Shown one piece after another: positions 48,550 to 55,081 of a stretch of DNA of 55,081 bases. The stretch is from Candidatus Tectimicrobiota bacterium (lineage in GTDB: Bacteria > JACPUC01). Position 1 is the first letter of the stretch; every line of letters starts with the position of its first letter. A program made the translations under genes and the position numbers. Below the pieces are notes generated by a model. The model ran no database searches. It saw only the letters and a list, made by a program, of their open reading frames with translations, and was not told where the DNA came from. The DNA is taken from contig JACPUC010000003.1 in NCBI GenBank assembly GCA_016192455.1, forward strand, positions 310,001 through 365,081, written 5' to 3'.

Positions 48550-49551
48550 ATGCTGAAGAGGCTGTGCCTTGGACTCTTCGCACTGCTCGTTCTTGGAGGC
48601 GCGGCGGGCGCCTGGGCTCAGGGGAAACCCATGGAGCTGCGCGTCGCCGTGGCCGGCGGGACGACCACCTCGCATTTCATGGAGCACCTTCCAGAGGTCA
48701 CCCGCCACATGGGCAAGAGCTACACCTTGACGCCGTTGAAGTTCAACTCGTCGGCGCACCAGCTCCAGCCCCTGGCGGCGCGGGAGCTCGACATCGGCTT
48801 CGCCTCCTTCCCGGATTTCACCAATGCCCTGGTGCGCGCCAAGCTGGACCTGGTGATCATTGCCGACATGCTGCAGGACAAGCAGCCGTACTGGTCGAAC
48901 AGCTACCTGGTGCGCGCCGACTCGCCCATCAAGAAGGTGGCGGACCTGAGGGGGAAGTCCATCGGCGTGCCCGGTCACGGCACCTCGGCGGAGCTGAAGC
49001 TGCTGGCGCTGCTGGAAAAGCATGGGCTGCGGCGCAACGACGTGACGCTCGTGGAGGTCCAGAACCCGAACGTCGAGGCGATGGTGCGCAGCGGCCGCAT
49101 TGATACGGGCTTCTTCCTGACGCCGTTCTGGCACCGCGCCATGCGCCAGGGGGGGATGCGTCACCTCTTCAAGCTCAACGACGCGCAAGGGGACTACCAA
49201 GTCCTCAGCCAGGTGGCGCGGCGCGACTTTCTCGACAAGCACGGCGAGGTGGTGACGGACTACCTCGAGGACTACCTGCGCGTCACCCGCTGGTTCGATG
49301 ATCCGAAGAACCACGCCGCGGCGGTGGGGTTGGCGGCGAAGGTTCTGAAGCTGCCGCCGATGGCGTTCGAGCCCTGGGCCTTCACCCGGCAGGACTCGTA
49401 CAAGGACCCCAACGGCCTGCCGGACCTGCAATCCGTGCAGGCGGACATCGACTGGGCCGCCGCCCGCGGCTACCTGCCGGTACGCATCGAGGTGGCGAAG
49501 CAGACCGACCTGAGCCTGGTGCGCAAGGCCGCCGCCCGCCTCAAGGACTGA
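48550..49551 (+). CDS. NitT/TauT ABC substrate-binding protein
   Basis: Signal peptide ending AWA-Q, LVRADSPIKKVADLRGKSIG, GRID. Confidence 0.85.
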   Translation: MLKRLCLGLFALLVLGGAAGAWAQGKPMELRVAVAGGTTTSHFMEHLPEVTRHMGKSYTLTPLKFNSSAHQLQPLAARELDIGFASFPDFTNALVRAKLDLVIIADMLQDKQPYWSNSYLVRADSPIKKVADLRGKSIGVPGHGTSAELKLLALLEKHGLRRNDVTLVEVQNPNVEAMVRSGRIDTGFFLTPFWHRAMRQGGMRHLFKLNDAQGDYQVLSQVARRDFLDKHGEVVTDYLEDYLRVTRWFDDPKNHAAAVGLAAKVLKLPPMAFEPWAFTRQDSYKDPNGLPDLQSVQADIDWAAARGYLPVRIEVAKQTDLSLVRKAAARLKD

Positions 49552-49602
49552 GGGCGAGGCAAGACGCCGGAGGACTCGCAGGGCGCGCCGCGGCGCGGAA
49601 AG

Positions 49603-49713
49603 CTAGGTCTCGTCGCGTTGCATGTCATCCACGCTCCGGAGCAACTCCTGGCTGGTGCGAAAGCAGGTGAAGACCGAGATCACCTGGGGCAGGAAGGCGC
49701 TGAGGACATCGAT
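49603..49713 (-). pseudogene. Orphan 3' end of a GC-rich host gene truncated at the island edge
   Basis: 36 host-like codons IDVLSAFLPQVISVFTCFRTSQELLRSVDDMQRDET*, preceded by an in-frame TAA where AT-rich DNA begins. Confidence 0.45.
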
Positions 49714-49853
49714 TTAGCGCTACCAGACATGGTACTGGCAGAGACTTTATGCCTTGACAAGCACATCGCATTATGCTTATTTAACATTCAGAATCAGGGG
49801 TGGGGAATGGATGATGCTTTTCCTGCCCCGGGAAAGGATTGCTAGGACTCAAG

Positions 49854-50591
49854 ATGGAACAAGAACATTCTATAACTTATGCAGAATTTCATATCCTTCG
49901 TTGCCAGGCGACTTTGTTCACCCCTGACGAGGAAGTATCAGGCGCAAAAATTGCCAGGGGGTTACTCTCATCTTGGAGCAAACGATTTGATGCCGATCCA
50001 TTCATAATTCCACAACTAGACAGAATGCCCAGGGAAGTGCCGCGAATAGTATTAAAAAATCACACTGAAGATTGGAATTGTGAGATTTCATCGGAAAGAA
50101 TTACTATTGCATGGCGTAGACCGAAAGTCGAAGTTGCCGTTCCGAGTCTTAATCAATTTTATAGCGAAGCAATTACGATGCTTGTAGAATATGTTGATTT
50201 TCTTAAAACCAGAGTCGGACGGATAGGCGCAGTCGTGATCCGTTATGCAGCGCACCCCGCTCCCGGAAAATTCCTATCGAAGCACTTTTGTAAGGAAGAT
50301 TGGTTGGTCAAACCCTTGAATCGACCAGAAGGTTTCGAATTGCATGCCCATAAACGGTTCGAACTATCGAATGAATTTTTAGTAAACTCATGGGTCAGGA
50401 ATAAATCTGGATTTGTTTTTACGGCAGACAATGGCGGCAAGCCCGCTGTATTAGTAGAGCAAGATTTGAATACACTCAGCGAAGAAGTTGATAAGTGTGA
50501 TTATACCAGCACAAATCTAGAATCATTCTTCTTGGCAGCGGCAAGGGAATTTGACATAATTCTGGGGTTGTATTATCCAACCGGAGATTAG
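49854..50591 (+). CDS. Hypothetical protein, TIGR04255-like
   Basis: 245 aa; EISSERITI, RVGRIGAVVIRY and VLVEQDLNT resemble the 'RIGLRY' and 'lDiD.nT' pattern of that family (recognised by eye). Confidence 0.6.
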   Translation: MEQEHSITYAEFHILRCQATLFTPDEEVSGAKIARGLLSSWSKRFDADPFIIPQLDRMPREVPRIVLKNHTEDWNCEISSERITIAWRRPKVEVAVPSLNQFYSEAITMLVEYVDFLKTRVGRIGAVVIRYAAHPAPGKFLSKHFCKEDWLVKPLNRPEGFELHAHKRFELSNEFLVNSWVRNKSGFVFTADNGGKPAVLVEQDLNTLSEEVDKCDYTSTNLESFFLAAAREFDIILGLYYPTGD

Positions 50592-50593
50592 GA

Positions 50594-51148
50594 ATGAATC
50601 CAGTTATTCATGCTGTTACTGATTCGGACACTACGTCTTCCGGTTTAGGGGAAATCCATCCATGCGGCATAGTGGTATACGAAGATCAGGCTTGGCTGAT
50701 TCAACAGTCAGAGATTCAGACTCTCATACCAGAGTCGGTTTTGGTATCTGGACGTGTGATGTTGAGAACAAATCCGATTTTTGATGCTCACCCATATTCG
50801 ATGGGGCCATTTAAACGTGTAACATTTGTTAGCATTGGGGCGTGGAAAGGAGTTTCTTTCTTTGGCACAGATAAAGAAGTGAAAGGGTTACATCAAGTTC
50901 TATATTTTCATCTTGGCGCCCCGCGGACAGATCGTACAACTGGGGCGACCGAATCAATTCTTGCGGGGCTTAAGAATCTTGAGAGTTTAATAGATGAATT
51001 AACTAAGGATGGTGAATACAAATTATCACCTAATGCTGCTCAATTAGCAAAACTTGTTATTAAAATGCTTGGTAAGCCCGAAGAAGAACAAGACGAAGAG
51101 TGGCCTTACAGATTAGCGAAGGATATCGTTGATGCGAAAGAACAGTAA
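50594..51148 (+). CDS. Hypothetical protein (candidate antitoxin)
   Basis: 2-nt gaps to both neighbours, GGAG RBS, beta-rich N-terminus, helical acidic C-terminus. Confidence 0.7.
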   Translation: MNPVIHAVTDSDTTSSGLGEIHPCGIVVYEDQAWLIQQSEIQTLIPESVLVSGRVMLRTNPIFDAHPYSMGPFKRVTFVSIGAWKGVSFFGTDKEVKGLHQVLYFHLGAPRTDRTTGATESILAGLKNLESLIDELTKDGEYKLSPNAAQLAKLVIKMLGKPEEEQDEEWPYRLAKDIVDAKEQ

Positions 51149-51150
51149 TT

Positions 51151-51795
51151 ATGCATCCAGCAGATTGCCCATCTTGGGAGTATACGAATAATCCTCTTAA
51201 TAACCAGGTCCTCTATCAACGTACGGCTTTGATTATCCGTGATCTGCGCAGCGCCGTTGCTGATACACTTCGCCTGTCTGTCGACTCTCGTCCGTTTCAT
51301 GGGTTTCTCTTTGAGCAATTAACCCCAGATGCATGTGATTACTATGCTGGACATTATCGAGGAGAACCATATCGATGTTTGCGCTTTTACCCGGTCGGCA
51401 TAAGATCTGATCCTAGGGTCGGGGCTCACCCCAACAGCGTATTGGACCTCATGCAACAACTGGCGGATAATATTTCCCGAGGAATTATCCAACTGGATTA
51501 TCTCGCTCTTAATTCTCCTTTCGAACTGTTAAAACGTGTCGTACGCTTCACATGTGCAGTTTTTGAACTTTTTCTACGAATCCATCCATATGTTAATGGG
51601 AATGGACATATAGGAAGATTGATAGTACTAGGCATTTTAGGGAGATTTGGTTTCTGGCTAAAGAGATGGCAAATTCACCCACGGCCAACGAATTTCCCGT
51701 ATGTTGAGTTAATCCGAGAATACCGCGACGGGAATAAAGAACCGTTAGAAAGTTTTATCTTAAGAATGATCCTGGGTGACACGGGGAATATTTAG
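51151..51795 (+). CDS. Fic/Doc family protein
   Basis: AGHYR, FLRIHPYVNGNGHIGR (variant of HPFxxGNGRxxR). Confidence 0.88.
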   Translation: MHPADCPSWEYTNNPLNNQVLYQRTALIIRDLRSAVADTLRLSVDSRPFHGFLFEQLTPDACDYYAGHYRGEPYRCLRFYPVGIRSDPRVGAHPNSVLDLMQQLADNISRGIIQLDYLALNSPFELLKRVVRFTCAVFELFLRIHPYVNGNGHIGRLIVLGILGRFGFWLKRWQIHPRPTNFPYVELIREYRDGNKEPLESFILRMILGDTGNI

Positions 51796-51800
51796 CTTTT

Positions 51801-52040
51801 TGGCTCCTCGGAAGAATTTGTGCGCGAGGAGGGGTTCGGGGGGCTTGCAGGAGAAGTGGTAAAGAGCGGTGATGCTTGCCTGTGCGTTGCACGCAAACAG
51901 GTCGGTGAGTTGGGTACAGAAGCCGTAACAGCGGCGACACTGTACCGTGGCCAACGCGTAGTTCAGCACCACGCAGCAGCAGCCCCCGGGGCATGTGCTG
52001 CCAGGTGTACCAGTCGAACCGATCGTGCGCCTGCCCCACT
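51801..52040 (-). pseudogene. Possible frameshifted IS transposase 3' remnant with terminal-repeat-like end
   Basis: Broken frames ...DRFDWYTWQH/VVLNYALATVQ/ITALYHFSCKPP.PLLAHKFFRGA ending at GGCTCCTCGGAAGAATTTGTG; interrupted by a small hairpin. Confidence 0.3.
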
Positions 52041-52164
52041 GCCCCCCCACCCGTACGCCTGCGAGCCGCAACACTATTCTGAGCCACGCCCCATCGCGGA
52101 CGTGAGAGATTCGCTCGCAATGTGAGCGTTCCTTTTCTATACATGCAGAGGAGAGACCATCGCC

Positions 52165-52563
52165 ATGCAGTACGAAGTTCTGCAGCCGCCGCACCTGCCC
52201 CGCCCGATGGGGTACTCGCATGCCATCAAGGTGACAGAGGGGTCGCTCGTCTTCCTGGCGGGGCAGGTCGCCCTGGATGAGCGCAATCAGGTGCTCTACC
52301 CCGGCGATGTGGTGAAGCAGTTTGAAGCGGCGCTGCGCAACATGCGGGCGATCCTCGAGCAGGCGGGGGGATCGTTCCGCAACGTCGTCAAGCTGAACAT
52401 CTACCTTGGTAATCGGCGCGACTACTACAGCAAGAGCCGGCAGATCAGCGCGCTCTATCGGCGCTGCTTCGGACGCCACTACCCGCCCATGACCCTCCTG
52501 CAGGTGGCCGATTTCGCCTACGACGGCCTGATGGTCGAGTTGGAGGCGGTGGCGGTGGTGTGA
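52165..52563 (+). CDS. Rid (YjgF/UK114) family protein
   Basis: GYSHA, FLAGQV, NVVKLNIYL, YPPMTLLQV, MVELEAVA. Confidence 0.9.
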   Translation: MQYEVLQPPHLPRPMGYSHAIKVTEGSLVFLAGQVALDERNQVLYPGDVVKQFEAALRNMRAILEQAGGSFRNVVKLNIYLGNRRDYYSKSRQISALYRRCFGRHYPPMTLLQVADFAYDGLMVELEAVAVV

Positions 52564-52705
52564 CGGCCGGCGCGCGCCGCGCTGCATGACGATCGAGCCA
52601 TGGGAGCTCAGCCAAAGACTGGGGAGGGGGAAGAGGGGATGAGGAGGTCCGCCCCTCTCGCCTCCGTTCCAGATCGCGGCTCAGGGGCGCGCTGAGGACG
52701 ACGGC

Positions 52706-53068
52706 ATGGGGACCTTTCGCAAGGTGGCGGGCGTGGAGGAGATTCCGCCGGGTGAAGCCAAGGCGGTCTTCTTTGAAGGTGAAGATGTGGGCCTCTTCAA
52801 CGTCAACGGCGCCTATTATGCCGTCGACAACCTCTGCCCCCATGCCGGCGGAGCGCTGAACCTCGGCACGGTCGAGGGGACGCGGGTGACCTGTCCCTGG
52901 CACGCCTGGGTATTCGACCTGCGCGACGGGCGGTGCGTCGCAGCCGCCGGCATTGCGCCGGAGAAGATTTCACCGAGCTGGAGCCTTTGCTCCTACCAGG
53001 TGAGGGTGGAGGGTCGGGACATCCTCATGGCCCGCCGCGGCGAGCGCGAAGGAAAGCCTGTGCCATGA
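52706..53068 (+). CDS. Rieske [2Fe-2S] ferredoxin
   Basis: DNLCPHAGG, CPWHAWVFDL. Confidence 0.92.
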   Translation: MGTFRKVAGVEEIPPGEAKAVFFEGEDVGLFNVNGAYYAVDNLCPHAGGALNLGTVEGTRVTCPWHAWVFDLRDGRCVAAAGIAPEKISPSWSLCSYQVRVEGRDILMARRGEREGKPVP

Positions 53069-53463
53069 AGCAGGATGAGATCCATGAACTCGGTGAACTC
53101 ATCGCCGCGCTGAACGAGCAGAACACCTATTGGCTGAGCCTGCGCGAGAGGCTGAAGAGCCGATTGCCGGAAGAAGCCTCGCAGCTCAACTCCCATTACG
53201 ACGTCATAATGGAGCGCTTTACGCTCCTGGAGGTACTGGCGACGCGGGCCAAGAACGCGCTCATCCAGGTGATGACGCCGGAGCTCGTCAGCCGCGACAA
53301 GCCGACCTATGACCAGCTCTACGCCCTGCAGATGAAGCTCTTCCACCTGCGCGACTCGCTCGTCGCCCTGCAGGATCACTGGAACGAGACGAACTGGAGC
53401 TGGTTCATGCGCTCGCTGGAGAGTCTGCAACAAGCGGAGGGGGAATCGAAGCCACGCGGTTAG
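53065..53463 (+). CDS. Hypothetical all-helical protein
   Basis: ATGA overlap with the Rieske gene; host-like codon usage. Confidence 0.75.
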   Translation: MKQDEIHELGELIAALNEQNTYWLSLRERLKSRLPEEASQLNSHYDVIMERFTLLEVLATRAKNALIQVMTPELVSRDKPTYDQLYALQMKLFHLRDSLVALQDHWNETNWSWFMRSLESLQQAEGESKPRG

Positions 53464-53632
53464 TGTGATAGTTCTCAAACGAGATCGTAGGGATTTGCGA
53501 GGGAGCCGCACACCCTCGCGGACGTAGGTTTCGGGCGGGGCAAGCCCCGCCCCTACGAGGAGACCCCGCGGCGGCGGGAGGGGACAAGGTCCGCTCGCAG
53601 AATTAGGTCACGAAACTTAGGGGAGACGGTAC
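53461..53632. mobile_element. MITE-like composite repeat copy starting at a TAG stop codon
   Basis: TAGTGTGATAGTTCTCA..GCGAGGGAGCCGC, REP at 53533-53556, GAATTAGGT...TAGGGGAGACGGTAC. Confidence 0.6.
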
Positions 53633-53714
53633 GCGGAAAAGCAGCGGAAGGTCGGCTTGGGGAAGGGGGAAGAGCGCCGGCTGAGGACTGGACGCCGGCG
53701 CCGGTCGAGGCGCT

Positions 53715-54062
53715 TCATCGTCCCATCAGGTTTTTGGTCGGTTTGCGGCCGGCAAAGCCATCCTCATAGCGGTGGAAGTACTCCACGGTCTCCTCGCCGA
53801 GCTGCCAGCACCAGTAGTAGCCGTCGCCGGAGTCCCAGTCGGCGACCCAGAGCCCTTTCACCTCGACGCCAAGCCGCATGAGGCGGCGCGCCCAATCCTG
53901 CACGGTGGCATTGAGGCGCTGCTCGAGCCGTCGTCGCACCACCGCATCCGTGGCGGCCTCCAGCTCCTCGCGCAGCACCTCGACCTGGGCGTGCGACTCC
54001 TCCGTGATCGCCTGCACCCGCGGCAGCATGGCGCGCGCTTCTTCAAGGGTGAACATGGCCAT
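53715..54062 (-). CDS. DUF2203 family protein
   Basis: FTLEEARAMLP, LGVEVKGLWVADW, YWCWQLGE.....FH....GFAGRKP. Confidence 0.85.
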   Translation of the reverse strand: MAMFTLEEARAMLPRVQAITEESHAQVEVLREELEAATDAVVRRRLEQRLNATVQDWARRLMRLGVEVKGLWVADWDSGDGYYWCWQLGEETVEYFHRYEDGFAGRKPTKNLMGR

Positions 54063-54200
54063 CGCGGTCCTCGTGAGGTCGCCGCGGTCCTTTGAAGAAG
54101 GGCAGCCTCGCGACAGCGTCGCCCTTGCTGCGCGGCAATTCTTCCTGCTCACCCCAGGGTTCGTCCTGGGGGGCGCTTCCTTGCTCTTTCCCGGAGCGCC

Positions 54201-54617
54201 TCAGCGGCGGCTCGCCACGCGCAGCCGCAGCATCGCCCGCGCCAGGGCCGCCTGGGCGCGCTCGACGTCGATCTCGTGAGCCTCGGGGCCGCGCCGCGCC
54301 AGGCGTTCCTCGGCGCGGCGCTTGGCGGCCTCGGCGCGGGGCACGTCGATCGTCTCGGCGGCCTCCGCCAGCTCGGCCAGGATGGTCACCGCCTCCGGCC
54401 CCACCTCGGCATAGCCCTGATGGACCGCCAGGTACTTCTTCTCGGCGCCGCGCCGGTACGCCAGCTCGCCGCGGCTCAGGATGCACATGAAGGGGATGTG
54501 ACCCGGCAGCACCCCAAACTCGCCGAGGGCGCCGGGCGCCGTCAGCTCTTCGACGCTCGTCTGCACCACCTCGCCTTCCGGGGTGACGATCACGAGGGAG
54601 AATGCGCCGCCGATCAT
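54201..54617 (-). CDS. atpC: F0F1 ATP synthase subunit epsilon
   Basis: IVTPEG, PG..GEFGVLPGHIP, GYAEV, IDVPRAEAAKRRAEERL. Confidence 0.95.
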   Translation of the reverse strand: MIGGAFSLVIVTPEGEVVQTSVEELTAPGALGEFGVLPGHIPFMCILSRGELAYRRGAEKKYLAVHQGYAEVGPEAVTILAELAEAAETIDVPRAEAAKRRAEERLARRGPEAHEIDVERAQAALARAMLRLRVASRR

Positions 54618-54704
54618 CTCAACTCCTCATGCGCCGCGCAGGTTCCGCCGGGACGTCCGGGTCGCCGCCGCGCCCTGCCCGCCGAGCTCACGCGAGCACC
54701 CGCC

Positions 54705-54914
54705 CAGTGTGCTGTTTCACACATTCTATCGCAAGAATTTGCGAGGGAGCCTCGCCCCCTCGCGCACCCCTCACCCCTGGCCCCTCTCCCAATGGGAGAG
54801 GGAACGGGTGAGGGAGGGGTGTGGGGAAGCAAAGGTCTTGCGCAAAACCTCCCCCACCACATGGCCCGAAGAAGGCGTCCGATTAAGGATGGAATTTGGG
54901 TGACGTAACACTAG
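54705..54914. mobile_element. MITE-like repeat between atpD and atpC
   Basis: Internally deleted version of 15852-16238; its right end GTGACGTAACACTAG includes the atpD TAG stop. Confidence 0.78.
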
Positions 54915-55081
54915 ACACTCACCCCCAGCTTCTTTGCCTTGTCGACGGCCTCGTCAAGGGTGCCGACCATGTAGAACGCCTGCTCCGGCAGGTCGTCCAA
55001 CTTCCCTTCCAGGATCTCGTCGAACCCGCGGATGGGCTCGTCGAGCGCGACGTATTTTCCGGGCATGTTCGTGAACGCCTC
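54911..55081 (-). CDS. atpD: F0F1 ATP synthase subunit beta, 3' end (partial)
   Basis: [42 protein letters not shown]. Confidence 0.95.
   Translation of the reverse strand, partial: EAFTNMPGKYVALDEPIRGFDEILEGKLDDLPEQAFYMVGTLDEAVDKAKKLGVSV

Larger units (their letters stand above)
49714..51800. mobile_element. AT-rich three-gene foreign cassette
   Basis: Abrupt composition and codon-usage shift; flanked by gene remnants; no integrase. Confidence 0.7.

Overview
GC-rich bacterial chromosomal region of about 45 genes. The mix of three UbiD-family decarboxylases, orphan NitT/TauT binding proteins, EamA transporters, ThiDN and a DRG-type GTPase suggests a Tectomicrobia/Deltaproteobacteria-like lineage (inference only). 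Backbone: dppBC-like permeases, MFS, hydrolases, two GGDEF proteins, an MreB paralogue, TlpA, pyrE, a cysK/thrC-like/sulfur-carrier/cysM/Rrf2 operon, and atpD(3')-atpC. Intergenic DNA carries several palindromic REP-like families nested in TAG-ended MITE-like elements. Strongest observations: (1) an AT-rich, integrase-less single-gene island encoding a SIR2 + P-loop (STAND-like) NTPase + helical repeat + cold-shock-domain protein, inserted on the 5' side of tRNA-Arg(CCT) behind the apparent host tRNA promoter; (2) an AT-rich three-gene cassette (TIGR04255-like protein, unknown protein, non-canonical Fic); (3) an OsmC-family gene with an in-frame TGA at the catalytic Cys followed by a SECIS-like hairpin (probable selenoprotein); (4) a thiolase-OB-fold fusion lacking the catalytic Cys; (5) an orphan XRE antitoxin behind a toxin remnant. 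All calls come from reading motifs by eye; no searches were run.
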